Source: an uncultured Acidimicrobiaceae bacterium (GTDB lineage Bacteria > Actinomycetota > Acidimicrobiia > Spongiisociales > UBA5794). Taken from it: 24,078 nucleotides of DNA. Position numbers and translations under genes: made by a program. The notes under the pieces are model-generated. The model was given only the letters and a program-made list of their open reading frames with translations, was not told the origin of the DNA and searched no databases. Location of the stretch: assembly GCA_947258375.1 (NCBI GenBank), contig CAMYIJ010000056.1, forward strand, positions 1 through 24,078, read 5' to 3'. The first letter of the stretch is position 1. Each line of letters opens with the position of its first letter. Below, one piece after another: positions 1 to 8,912 of the stretch.

Positions 1-1
1 G

Positions 2-118
2 TACGAGCTGCGCCAGGGAGTCTTCGTGGAGACAGCTCGGCATCTCCCGGGCACCCGGGCTCGGCTCGACGTCGGCCCCGCCGAAATCACAATCGACCCC
101 GCTGAGCTGCTGGCATAG
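2..118 (+). CDS. Uma2-family (DUF820) putative endonuclease, C-terminal fragment; gene continues upstream of the window
   Basis: Frame 2 is open from the window edge to TAG at 116-118. Its translation YELRQGVFVETARHLPGTRARLDVGPAEITIDPAELLA aligns by eye with the C-terminus of the next ORF (YRAVEGVFVEQGRYQPGATVTLEVAPDVSVSFDPAIFLD). Confidence 0.5.
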   Translation, partial: YELRQGVFVETARHLPGTRARLDVGPAEITIDPAELLA

Positions 119-697
119 GTGATGAGCATGGACACAGCAACCTTGCAGCCGGGCGACCGGATCCCGATGTCGTGGGACGAGTACGCGGCCCTCGGCGAGA
201 ACGTACGGGGCGAATACATCGACGGCGAACTCGTCATGAGTCCATCGCGAACCCGTCGTCACCAGCGGATCTCCTTCAAACTGGCCAACCTATTCGACGA
301 CGCGCTGCCCGAGGGATACGAAGTCGTTGAAGCATGGGCCTGGAAGCCGGGCGACGACGAATTCATCCCGGACCTCATGGTGTTCGACACAACTGACGAG
401 CAGGTCCGCTACACCGGCGCGCCCCACCTCGCCGTCGAGGTCCTCTCCACCGATCTCGCCCGAGACATGATCCACAAGGCATGGAAATACGCCGCCGCCG
501 GCCTGCAGCGCTATTGGATCGTGGACCCGGGCGAGCCGGGTGAAGCCACCCCGGGCGGTGTGCCCGAGCTGATCGAGTACCGCGCCGTCGAAGGCGTCTT
601 CGTCGAACAAGGCCGATACCAACCCGGCGCGACTGTGACACTCGAGGTCGCCCCCGACGTGTCCGTCTCCTTCGATCCGGCGATCTTCCTCGACTGA
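119..697 (+). CDS. Uma2 family endonuclease (DUF820, PD-(D/E)xK-like)
   Basis: 192-aa ORF with Uma2 hallmarks by eye: GEYIDGELVMSPS..H, IPDLMVF, APHLAVEVLS, KAWKYAAAGLQRYWIVDP. The GTG at 119 directly abuts the previous TAG. ATG at 122 or 128 are alternative starts. Confidence 0.8.
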   Translation: MMSMDTATLQPGDRIPMSWDEYAALGENVRGEYIDGELVMSPSRTRRHQRISFKLANLFDDALPEGYEVVEAWAWKPGDDEFIPDLMVFDTTDEQVRYTGAPHLAVEVLSTDLARDMIHKAWKYAAAGLQRYWIVDPGEPGEATPGGVPELIEYRAVEGVFVEQGRYQPGATVTLEVAPDVSVSFDPAIFLD

Positions 698-717
698 GCG
701 AGTCCACCCAGCTCGAC

Positions 718-3174
718 CTAACTGCGTTTCGGCCTTGCCGATGCCGGGTCGTCCGGCCACTCGTGTTTCGGGTAGCGCCCCGCCATGTCCTTGCGGACCT
801 CCGCCCATGAGCCGGCCCAGAACCCGCCAAGATCGCTCGTAATCTGCACGGGCCGGTCGGCGGGCGACAGCAGCATCAGCTGCACCGGCTCACCGGCGAT
901 AACCGGACCTTGCGTGGCACCGAAGAACTCCTGGACCTTGGCCGCGATCGTGGGGACTTCGCCGGAATAGTCGACCGCCACCCGCCGTCCGCTCGGGATC
1001 TCCACATGGGTCGGGACCAGCCGATCAACGTCCGTAGCCGCCGGATACCCAAGGTGGTTACGCAGCAGCTGCAGCAGGTCGAGCCGCGCTACGTCGTCGA
1101 GGCCGGTGGCCGCGGCGAGGTACGGGCCGAGCCAGGCGTCGCCGGTCGCCACCAGCCGCTTTGTCGACCAGTCGGGCCACGGATCCCCCAGACGGGCATG
1201 GAGGAATTCAACGCGGGCACGAAACGTGCTCGCCGCCCGGGTCCACGGCAGATCCCGCAGCTCGTTGTCCCCGATGCGTCGCAGCAATGCGGCCGTCACC
1301 GCGGGGCCCGGTTCGGGGCGCCGGTCCTGCGTGTCCAGGCTCACTCCGCCGAGGCGGCGCTGCTGCCGTTCGACCAAACGGTCACCCTCCCAGGTGAGAC
1401 TGACCTGGTCGACGATCTCGTGGGCAAAACGTTCGGCCACGTCGGCGGCGTCGATGGCCGCCGCCAACCGAATGCGGGCATCCTTGCGCTTTCCGTCGAG
1501 GTCGGCAGGCACCAGGAAGCTTTCCACCCCGAGTGGATCTGCGGCCGCCATCCACGCCGTGGTTCCGGTGCGGAGCTGGAACCGGCCCGGGCTGCCGCGG
1601 CGCACCGCCAGCCGGTCGGGGAACGCCAGCGCCAGCACCCGCCCCGTGCGGTCGGGATCGACCCCGCCGTCGGCAACTCCCGCCCTGCGGGCGAGGTCGG
1701 CGGCGTTACGCCGCACCCGCTGCAGCGATCTTCCCATCGCCGCCGGATGGGACTCGCCGGGGTCGGCCACCAGGCGCACTCGCAGCGCGATGTCCACGGG
1801 CACGTCGTCGGGATGGCCGCGCAGCACGTCACGATCGTCGACGAGCGCGGCCACAATGCACGCCAGCTGTTGATCGGCGCCGGCGTCAACCACCATGCGG
1901 GCGAGACGCGGGTGCAGTGGCAGCGTCGCCATGGTGCGGCCGCTGTCGGTCAAATGTCCCGATTCATCGAGGGCTCCGAGGAGCTGCAGCAGGCGGCGTC
2001 CCGCGGCGAATGTCTTCGAGGGAGGCCGGTCCAGGAACGCCAGATCGGCCGGGTCGGCGACGCCCCACAGTGCCAGCTCGAGCGCCAATCCGGCGAGGTC
2101 GACCTTCGTGATCTCGGGATCGATGTGGGGATGGCGGCCGCCGTGTTCAAGCTTGGACCACAGCCGATACGCAACCCCCGGCTCTACCCGTCCCGCCCGA
2201 CCGGACCGTTGATCCGCCGAAGCACGTGAGATGGAGATCGTCTGCAGCCGGGTCATGCCGTGGCGCAGGTCGAGCCGCGGGCTGCGGGCGAGGCCGGAGT
2301 CGATCACGACCCGCACCCCCTGCACTGTCAGGCTGCTCTCCGCTATGTCGGTCGACAGCACAACCTTGCGCACCCCCGGGCGGGGCGGAGCAAGGGCGGC
2401 GTCCTGCTCGTCCGCGGGCAAGCTGCCGTGCAGCAGCATCACGTCGGCACCGATGTCGCCGAGCCGATCGCGCACTCGCCGCATCTCGCCCATCCCGGGA
2501 AGGAACACCAAAACGTCGCCGGGCTCCGCGGCCACCGCCTCCCGGATCGCGGCGGCGACATGGGTCACCAGTCGGGCCCGGTCGCGGAACGGTTTCCAGC
2601 GGATTTCTACCGGGTACTCGGCGGCCTCGCCGACGACGATGGGCGCCGGATCGTCGCCGCCGAGGAGCGCCGCGACCCTGTCCGCATCGATCGTGGCCGA
2701 CATGGCGAGCAGGCGCAGGTCGGGCCGGAATGTCTGTACGGCGTCGAGCGCCAGCGCCAGCCCGAGATCGCTCTGCAGGTTGCGTTCGTGCAGCTCGTCG
2801 AAGATGACGAGCCCGGTGCCGGCCAGCTCGGGGTCCCGCTGCAGCCTTCGGGTGAGCACGCCCTCGGTGATTACTTCGACACGGGTCCGCGGGCCGACCC
2901 GGCGGTCGCCGCGGGTGATGTAGCCGACCGTTTCGCCGACCGGCTCATCGAGGAGGTGGGCCATCCGATGGGCGGCGGCCCGGGTGGCGATCCGCCGCGG
3001 CTCGAGCACGACGATCTTGCCGCCGCCGAGCCACGGCTCGGCCAGGAGACGGAGCGGCACCACGGTGGTCTTGCCCGAACCCGGCGGGGCTACCAGGACC
3101 GCAGAGGGTCGCGAGCCGAGGGCGGTGCGCAGTTCAGGAATCGCCCGTTCAATGGGGAGGCCGGTGTCGTCCAC
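718..3174 (-). CDS. hrpB: ATP-dependent DExH-box helicase HrpB
   Basis: Walker A APPGSGKTT, DExH box FDELHER, MSAT, TDIAESSLTV and QRSGRAGR, followed by a long HA2/HrpB-type C-terminal region. The ORF is open up to 3465. The first ~97 codons have no helicase character and overlap the divergent ORF at 3262-3546. GTG at 3174 gives 818 aa, close to the usual HrpB length. The stop is firm; the start is inferred. Confidence 0.85.
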   Translation of the reverse strand: MDDTGLPIERAIPELRTALGSRPSAVLVAPPGSGKTTVVPLRLLAEPWLGGGKIVVLEPRRIATRAAAHRMAHLLDEPVGETVGYITRGDRRVGPRTRVEVITEGVLTRRLQRDPELAGTGLVIFDELHERNLQSDLGLALALDAVQTFRPDLRLLAMSATIDADRVAALLGGDDPAPIVVGEAAEYPVEIRWKPFRDRARLVTHVAAAIREAVAAEPGDVLVFLPGMGEMRRVRDRLGDIGADVMLLHGSLPADEQDAALAPPRPGVRKVVLSTDIAESSLTVQGVRVVIDSGLARSPRLDLRHGMTRLQTISISRASADQRSGRAGRVEPGVAYRLWSKLEHGGRHPHIDPEITKVDLAGLALELALWGVADPADLAFLDRPPSKTFAAGRRLLQLLGALDESGHLTDSGRTMATLPLHPRLARMVVDAGADQQLACIVAALVDDRDVLRGHPDDVPVDIALRVRLVADPGESHPAAMGRSLQRVRRNAADLARRAGVADGGVDPDRTGRVLALAFPDRLAVRRGSPGRFQLRTGTTAWMAAADPLGVESFLVPADLDGKRKDARIRLAAAIDAADVAERFAHEIVDQVSLTWEGDRLVERQQRRLGGVSLDTQDRRPEPGPAVTAALLRRIGDNELRDLPWTRAASTFRARVEFLHARLGDPWPDWSTKRLVATGDAWLGPYLAAATGLDDVARLDLLQLLRNHLGYPAATDVDRLVPTHVEIPSGRRVAVDYSGEVPTIAAKVQEFFGATQGPVIAGEPVQLMLLSPADRPVQITSDLGGFWAGSWAEVRKDMAGRYPKHEWPDDPASARPKRS

Positions 3175-3261
3175 CCGTGCAGCGTAGAGCCGACCGGGTG
3201 AACCGTCGGGCCCAAACGCGGCCGTCCGCCCGATCGGCTTTGCGATTCTGTCGGTGGCGTT

Positions 3262-3546
3262 TTGTACATTCGAGACATGAAAACCGAAGAACCCCTTATC
3301 GCTGGAGAGCCGATCTCTGTGCTGGATCGTGTCATCCCGTCGATCGTTGCCAAACGCCGCGCCGACGGATGGTTTGATGTTCAGTGGACGGCGGATTTGG
3401 AGACGGGCGCTGCCTGGATGCGAGCCATTGAACGATATGCCGCGGACCTCATAACGGCGGACCAATGCGATATACCGGCGAAACGTCGATCGGCAGCCTT
3501 CGTCAGGTTGGTCACTGAACTGGCAGAGGCGAGGCGGTCCACATGA
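3262..3546 (+). CDS. hypothetical small protein (94 aa, or 89 aa from ATG 3277), atypical codon usage
   Basis: The ORF is divergent from hrpB and I recognise no motif in it. Many codons end in A/T (aaa, gaa, ctt, gga, gat, gtt, ttt), unlike neighbouring genes. Coding status is uncertain. Confidence 0.35.
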   Translation: MYIRDMKTEEPLIAGEPISVLDRVIPSIVAKRRADGWFDVQWTADLETGAAWMRAIERYAADLITADQCDIPAKRRSAAFVRLVTELAEARRST

Positions 3547-3570
3547 TATAGGGCGGGTGGGACCCTATAT
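3546..3570. repeat. perfect 8-bp inverted repeat ATATAGGG-N9-CCCTATAT overlapping the stop of the small ORF
   Basis: Read directly: ATATAGGG at 3546-3553 and CCCTATAT at 3563-3570. It is A/T-rich, unlike its surroundings, and no T-tract follows. It could be a hairpin or a dimeric protein site. Confidence 0.6.
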
Positions 3571-3802
3571 GGTGAGAGATCCTACGTCCCTGCAGCGCGC
3601 CGCGGCCGCGCGAGAAGTACCCGACAGACTCGCACCGACTGTCTCCCGTGTGGTCATGGCGTGTTTTCGCCGGGCCGGCGATGGCACGATCATCGAGAAC
3701 CGCTTCGCCCTACCCGACGGTCCTGCCCGAAGCCCATCACATACACCTGCCGAGCTAACGTCGACCGGGATTCGGCGTCAGATCGCCACGGGAGAGATCA
3801 CA

Positions 3803-5005
3803 ATGAGAGCGCTGCGACGTTTCTGGCGATGGTTGATGACAATCGGCGCCTACGAGGGCGAATCCGACGCCCAGGCCGGGAAGCGGCGGATAATCATCGG
3901 CTACATGTTCTTCGGCCAAATGCGCTGGCTCTTCTCGATGGACAGTTTCAGCCAGGGCCTGACAGTGGTGGGCTGGACCGACGTGGCAGCGGCGTCGATC
4001 AGCCTCCTATCTCTGTTTGTGTTGAGAGTGAGGCCGAGCTGGTTCGTCGCGATCGTGAACGCGTTGTTATTGACCCAGATTTCCGAGGTGCTGGTGCAGA
4101 GTGTTGCGCTCGGCGGCATCATCCCGTCCCAAGGGCTCATGTTGTTCGGCCTGTTGTCAGTGATTGGAGCCCTGATCGTGTTCAGCGCCCGAGGAGCGTT
4201 CTTCTGGTTCCTCGGCTACCTGGTCTCATTGGTGCTAGCAGTGTTGCTCTCTGAGTCCATCGATCCGCTGTACGAGGTGGAAGGAACCGCCGCCGGATTC
4301 GCATTTATCACCGCCAATGTTGCCGCCTTCCTGTACGCCGGTATGGCGTATTTCGTGCGGCAGCGGGATCGTTTTCAGCAGGAGTCCGATGACTTGCTGC
4401 ACAACATCTTGCCCAATGAGATCGCCACCAGATTGAAGGCGGATACGTCGATGATCGCCGACGACTTCCCCCACGCCAGTGTGCTCTTCGCAGACGTAGT
4501 CGGGTTCACGCCGATGTCGGCCACCATGACCCCACCGCAACTCGTGGGGTTACTCAATCAGGTGTTCACCAAGTTCGACGAGTTCGTTGAGGAACTCGGG
4601 TTGGAGAAGATCAAGACGATCGGCGACGAGTACATGGTCGCCGCCGGCGTTCCCGTACCGAGGGACGATCACGCTGAAGCCATCGCCGAGCTGGCGTTGC
4701 GGATCCGTGACTATATGGCGAGCAACGACTTCGATGGGCATCAGCTGCAACTGCGGATGGGGATCCACTCGGGGCCGGTGGTGGCGGGGATCATCGGGAC
4801 CCACAAGTTCGCCTACGACCTGTGGGGCGACACCGTCAATACCGCCTCCCGTATGGAGTCGGGTGGCATCCCGGGCAAGATCCAAGTCACACCCACCACC
4901 CACGAGCTCCTCTCCGGCAACGGCTTCCGATTCGAACCCCGCGGCACCATCGAAGTCAAAGGCAAAGGCCAAATGGACACCTGGCTTCTGACGGGCAAGG
5001 TCTGA
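3803..5005 (+). CDS. membrane-anchored class III adenylate cyclase (about 6 TM helices plus cyclase homology domain)
   Basis: Catalytic-domain motifs VLFADVVGFT, KIKTIGDEYMVAAG, LRMGIHSGPVVAGIIG and YDLWGDTVNTASRMES. The Lys (IKTIGD) / Asp (YDLWG) pair is typical of ATP-specific cyclases. The N-terminal ~220 aa are hydrophobic. ATG 3803 is preceded by GGGAGAG with a 6-nt spacer. The frame is also open from 3557, so a longer N-terminus cannot be excluded. Confidence 0.85.
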   Translation: MRALRRFWRWLMTIGAYEGESDAQAGKRRIIIGYMFFGQMRWLFSMDSFSQGLTVVGWTDVAAASISLLSLFVLRVRPSWFVAIVNALLLTQISEVLVQSVALGGIIPSQGLMLFGLLSVIGALIVFSARGAFFWFLGYLVSLVLAVLLSESIDPLYEVEGTAAGFAFITANVAAFLYAGMAYFVRQRDRFQQESDDLLHNILPNEIATRLKADTSMIADDFPHASVLFADVVGFTPMSATMTPPQLVGLLNQVFTKFDEFVEELGLEKIKTIGDEYMVAAGVPVPRDDHAEAIAELALRIRDYMASNDFDGHQLQLRMGIHSGPVVAGIIGTHKFAYDLWGDTVNTASRMESGGIPGKIQVTPTTHELLSGNGFRFEPRGTIEVKGKGQMDTWLLTGKV

Positions 5006-5029
5006 CAGCACGCTCTAGCCTCGGGCGCC

Positions 5030-5410
5030 ATGGAAGACACCAACACCAGACCCGTTATCACCGTGCCCGATGGCGCGCCGCCCGCCGAGCTCGTAGTCGA
5101 CGATCTCGTCGTGGGCGACGGCGCCGAGGCCACCGCCGGCAAACAAGTCACCGTCGACTACGCCGGTGTCGGTTGGTCCGACGGCTTCGAATTCGACGCC
5201 TCATGGAACCGCAACGACCCGCTCACTTTCCGGCTCGGCGCCGGCCAGGTGATTGCCGGCTGGGACGAAGGTGTGCAGGGCATGAAGGTGGGAGGCCGCC
5301 GCCGAATCACCATCCCGCCGGAGATGGCCTACGGCTCGAAGGGAGCCGGCGGCGTCATCGGCCCGGATGAGACGCTGATCTTCGTCGTCGACCTGCGCCG
5401 CATCGGCTGA
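5030..5410 (+). CDS. FKBP-type peptidyl-prolyl cis-trans isomerase
   Basis: 126 aa with the typical FKBP core: VTVDYAGV..DGFEFDASW..PLTFRLGAGQVIAGWDEGVQGMKVGGRRRITIPPEMAYG..LIFVVDL. Confidence 0.9.
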   Translation: MEDTNTRPVITVPDGAPPAELVVDDLVVGDGAEATAGKQVTVDYAGVGWSDGFEFDASWNRNDPLTFRLGAGQVIAGWDEGVQGMKVGGRRRITIPPEMAYGSKGAGGVIGPDETLIFVVDLRRIG

Positions 5411-5450
5411 GCGAATTCGCACGTTCCCGCCGGCTCGACCCTCAAGAAGC

Positions 5451-7325
5451 TCAGAGTTCGAGTGTGACGTGGATGGCGAGATGGTCCGACGCCCCGCCGC
5501 TTCCGATCCGGAGCTCGTTCACGGTCATGTCGGAAGTGACGAATACCCAGTCGGGGCGATCACAGTCCGAAGTCGGCTCTGCGGAGGTGGTGCGGCACGG
5601 GTCACCGGTTGCGCCGATCACATCGACGAGGCCGCCGGACGTGAAGATCGACAGTTCCGGATCGTCGGGGGCGAAGTTGAAGTCTCCGGCCACCACGAGG
5701 CGGGAATCCGCTGCAATCGCATCGACGAGTGCTTCGAGCTGCACCGCAGAACGACTGTGGGTGTGAGCCACGGCGACGACAACGTCCTCGCCGGGTGTCG
5801 CGATTCTGGCAATGGCGTAGCTACGTTGCTGGCTGCCGTCCTCGGGTAGCAGCCCCGAGTCGATCTCCAGCATCGGTAGTCGGGAGAGGATGGCGTTGCC
5901 GAATTGGCCGTCGGCGGCCGCAACGTAGAGGTAGTCCATCGCCAGCTCCCGTTGCAGGTATGCCGCCAGATCCATGGTGCCGTGAATGGGCCAGCCCCGG
6001 GCAACCTCCTGGAGGATGACGACATCGGCGTCTGAGGAGCGAATCTCGGCAACGATCCGGTCAGGGGCCAGCTGGCCATCGATTCCGACTGAGCCGCGCA
6101 CGTTGTAGCTGACCAGTCGCAGCTCCCCTTCTACGAACCCCACTTCGAGTGCCGGCGCGGCGATGGCCAGGGCTATTGGGGTGACGATGGCGAGCAGGGC
6201 GACCGCGGCCGCCGCCGGAGCGCTCAAGAGCCAATCCACCGCGGAGCCGGCCCGGGGCCGGCGCAGCGCCCACCATGCCACGACGCCGGCGGCCAACGCC
6301 GGCACAGCCTGGCGCGGGAACGGCAGCGGCTGGTCGATATCCAGCGACCACAGCAGCACGAGGGCGAGAAACAAGACGCTGCCCGCGGTCGCCCGCAGGA
6401 CCGTCGCCCGCCAGGAGGGATCGACTGTGCCGGCCACCGAGCGCGCCAATAACCCAGTTACTGCAGCCTGCAAGCCGACAACGATCACCGCCACGAAAAT
6501 GCCCTCGATCAGCGACACGCCCCACGCCGCCAGAATCGCCACGCCGGCGACGCCCGACGTCGCGGCCGCGGAGATTCGCCGCCCCAGTTGGGCGGCGGCG
6601 ATCGCGGCCACACTGCCGGCCAGCACCGTCAGGGCTGCCGCCGTGTAGCCAAACCCGCCCTGGGAGCCCACGAAGGCGATGTTCTGCAGGAACAACAGCT
6701 GCAGAACCAGGTACGCCCCGAGGCCAATCCAGAAGCTGGGCGCCAATCCACTGCCGTCCTTTCGGCGCGACATGCCGGCGTCCCGCACCGCAAGGCCGAC
6801 GAGGGCGACGGCGATTAGTACAGCGATCACGAGGGAAGCTGCGCTGGATTGCCAGACGAGGTCCCACGTACCGAACGCAGCCCGCAGCGCGGCGTCGCCG
6901 GCGAGGCCGAAGACGATCGCCGGCACCAGCGAGCCCGATCGGACCAACTCGGTGAAGGAGAAACGTGCGATGAATATGGTGGCCCCGGCCAACGCCGCGC
7001 CGACGGCCACCACGGCCAGCCACGCCGGGATCGGGTCGATCAAGCGCAACCCAACCAGTACGCCCGCAACGATGGCGGCCCCGGCGGTCACGGCCGTTGC
7101 GGCCTCTATGCGAGTGGCCGCCAGTGCAATGACGGGGGCGGCGAAGGTCGCCATTGCCACCAGCCCGGCCAGCACGAAGTTCCAGTCCTCACCGATCTCG
7201 TACATGATCGGAAACAGCACCCGGGCCACCTGAGCGACCGCGACCACGAGCAGAGCCACCAGCACCTGGCCGCGCCCCGGTATGGACACGGTCTCTTCGG
7301 CCCTGGCTCCGTCTCGTCGATCCAT
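5451..7325 (-). CDS. polytopic membrane protein with C-terminal endonuclease/exonuclease/phosphatase (EEP) domain
   Basis: The N-terminal ~390 aa are almost entirely hydrophobic/Ala-Val-Leu-rich, roughly 10 or more predicted TM segments. The C-terminal ~230 aa carry EEP signatures: LRLVSYNVRG, VVILQEV, GNAILSR, VVAGDFN, SDHLAI. ATG 7325 is preceded by GGGAGGG with a 5-nt spacer. Confidence 0.85.
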   Translation of the reverse strand: MDRRDGARAEETVSIPGRGQVLVALLVVAVAQVARVLFPIMYEIGEDWNFVLAGLVAMATFAAPVIALAATRIEAATAVTAGAAIVAGVLVGLRLIDPIPAWLAVVAVGAALAGATIFIARFSFTELVRSGSLVPAIVFGLAGDAALRAAFGTWDLVWQSSAASLVIAVLIAVALVGLAVRDAGMSRRKDGSGLAPSFWIGLGAYLVLQLLFLQNIAFVGSQGGFGYTAAALTVLAGSVAAIAAAQLGRRISAAATSGVAGVAILAAWGVSLIEGIFVAVIVVGLQAAVTGLLARSVAGTVDPSWRATVLRATAGSVLFLALVLLWSLDIDQPLPFPRQAVPALAAGVVAWWALRRPRAGSAVDWLLSAPAAAAVALLAIVTPIALAIAAPALEVGFVEGELRLVSYNVRGSVGIDGQLAPDRIVAEIRSSDADVVILQEVARGWPIHGTMDLAAYLQRELAMDYLYVAAADGQFGNAILSRLPMLEIDSGLLPEDGSQQRSYAIARIATPGEDVVVAVAHTHSRSAVQLEALVDAIAADSRLVVAGDFNFAPDDPELSIFTSGGLVDVIGATGDPCRTTSAEPTSDCDRPDWVFVTSDMTVNELRIGSGGASDHLAIHVTLEL

Positions 7326-7381
7326 AACGTCCCTCCCTGAGCGAATACTACGTCGATCGGCCGCACGTCCCCGCCGCTACG

Positions 7382-7405
7382 AGCCCGCGCTGACTAGCGC
7401 GGGCT
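7382..7405 (-). terminator. GC-rich hairpin (10-bp perfect stem, 4-nt loop) 12 nt downstream of the VanZ-like stop
   Basis: AGCCCGCGCT (7382-7391), loop GACT, AGCGCGGGCT (7396-7405). There is no U-tract, which is common in high-GC actinobacterial terminator-like hairpins. Confidence 0.5.
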
Positions 7406-7417
7406 GACATGGTGAGG

Positions 7418-8038
7418 CTACGACGCGCATGACGGCCGTCGCGGGCGCACGGCCCAGGCGACGGCGCCACTCACGGCGACACCCATGAACGTGGCGAAGA
7501 TGTTGAAACCGATGTCGATCGGGTCGAAAACGCGGCTCGGGAGGATCAGTTGAATCCCCTCATCGACCACGCCGATCAGCGAGGCCGCGCTAATCGCAAC
7601 CAGACCGGGGCGCACCACCGTGCGCCCGGCGCTCGATCGCTCGAGCAGCGCCTCGTGGATGAGGATTGCCAGGAGGCTGTACTCGAACAGGTGCGATCGC
7701 TCGATCGGGCTCGCCGCCCGCAGGAACACGAGGGCGTATACCGCCACCATCCCGACGGCGATGGCTACGGGCAGTGTGCGCGGCGCCCGACCTTTCATGC
7801 CTAAAAGTGCGACGACCGCGAAAAGCACCAGGAGCGCCAGCGCCGAAATGTTGTCGAGCATGTTGCGGTTGGTGAGCTCAGCCGCCAGGGTCTTTGCCAG
7901 GCCGAGAGTCGAGTAGATGGCGACGACTACCGCCGCAACCAGCAGCCACAGGTTGCGCTCCCGGCTGGTGCTGAATCGGGTTGTGGAGCTGGAGGCAACC
8001 ATGGCCGCACTATTGCCGTCCCCCGGTGACCGGGCCAT
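7418..8038 (-). CDS. VanZ-like family membrane protein
   Basis: Four to five hydrophobic segments plus a C-terminal VanZ-type motif, VVDEGIQLILPSRVFDPIDIGFNIFATFMGV. ATG at 8002 is an alternative start. Confidence 0.7.
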   Translation of the reverse strand: MARSPGDGNSAAMVASSSTTRFSTSRERNLWLLVAAVVVAIYSTLGLAKTLAAELTNRNMLDNISALALLVLFAVVALLGMKGRAPRTLPVAIAVGMVAVYALVFLRAASPIERSHLFEYSLLAILIHEALLERSSAGRTVVRPGLVAISAASLIGVVDEGIQLILPSRVFDPIDIGFNIFATFMGVAVSGAVAWAVRPRRPSCAS

Positions 8039-8111
8039 AGCGGAAGGCCCCTAGTTCGGTGCCAAGAGCAGCGAGCCCGACTCCCGGGACGTCGCGGTAG
8101 CCTGCCGAGTA

Positions 8112-8912
8112 ATGGCCGAATCCCTGTTCATCCCCGACGGCGATCACTTTGTGCCGACCGAGCTGACCCGCGGCGGCTGGTCGGACGTTGCCCAGCACGG
8201 CAGCCCCCCATCGGGACTGCTCGCCGCCGCTATCGAGGCTGTGTCGACCATTGCGCCGATGCAGGTCGCCCGGTTCACCATCGACCTCTTCCGCCCCGTC
8301 CCACTCGAACCGCTGCGACTGGAGACGCACGTACTGCGTGATGGCAAGCGCATCCAGGTCGTTGAAGCGATGCTGCGGCACAGCGACATCGAAGTCGGCA
8401 GAGCAACCGCACTCAAGATCCGCACCACCGACGTGCAGCTACCCGACGTCGAGCAGGAACCCTGGGAGCAGCCACCCCCGCCGCAGGAGGCTACGGCCAT
8501 AGGGGGGTTCTGGAAGTTTGGATCGGATCTTGTCCGATTTCATCGGGATGCCGTCGAGATCCGCTCGATCGACGACAGCTTCATGCAGCCCGGCCCCGGG
8601 CTCTCCTGGTTCCGACTCAAGCAGCCGGTGATCGCCGGTGAGGAACCGACGCCATTCGTCCGGCTGGCCACCCTGGCCGACATGTCCAACGGCAACTCCC
8701 AGGCGCTCAACCCCGAGGCGTACATCTACGTGAATCCCGATATCACGCTGTATGCCCATCGACTACCTGTCGGCGAGTGGGTTGGCATGAAGTCGGCCGC
8801 CCACCAGCACCGCTCGGGCATCGGCCTCGCCGACACACGGGTCTTCGACGAGACGGGTCCGCTGGGCCGGATCAACCAAGCGCAACTACTCGATCGCCGG
8901 CCCGGAGGCTGA
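8112..8912 (+). CDS. thioesterase-like superfamily protein (TesB-like acyl-CoA thioesterase, double hot-dog type)
   Basis: 266 aa. The N-terminus F.P.GD.F.PTELTRGGWSD..QHGSPPSGLLA and C-terminus ..NPDITLY..R.P.GEW....S.......GIG.....V.D..G.LG match my recollection of actinobacterial proteins annotated as thioesterase family protein. Confidence 0.65.
   Translation: MAESLFIPDGDHFVPTELTRGGWSDVAQHGSPPSGLLAAAIEAVSTIAPMQVARFTIDLFRPVPLEPLRLETHVLRDGKRIQVVEAMLRHSDIEVGRATALKIRTTDVQLPDVEQEPWEQPPPPQEATAIGGFWKFGSDLVRFHRDAVEIRSIDDSFMQPGPGLSWFRLKQPVIAGEEPTPFVRLATLADMSNGNSQALNPEAYIYVNPDITLYAHRLPVGEWVGMKSAAHQHRSGIGLADTRVFDETGPLGRINQAQLLDRRPGG

Noticed and set aside
785-3201. Numerous long plus-strand ORFs antisense to hrpB (for example 910-2229, 1106-1873, 2231-2923, 2260-3201)
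   Set aside because: They are Arg/Pro/Ala/Gly-rich translations with no motifs, entirely nested in a well-supported gene on the other strand. This is the usual high-GC stop-codon-depletion artefact. The same reasoning applies to antisense ORFs inside 5451-7325, 9140-10273, 10307-12046, 12602-17151 and 19353-21823.
3175-3465. Long form of hrpB (915 aa) starting at ATG 3465
   Set aside because: The extra 97 residues have no helicase features and are antisense to the 3262-3546 ORF. They would also make the protein about 100 aa longer than typical HrpB. GTG 3174 sits just before the conserved LPI...APPGSGKTT N-terminus.
5411-5420. GCGAATTCGC palindrome immediately after the FKBP stop
   Set aside because: It is a 10-bp self-complementary sequence with no loop. 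It cannot form a stable hairpin and is short enough to be chance (it contains an EcoRI site). No function can be supported.
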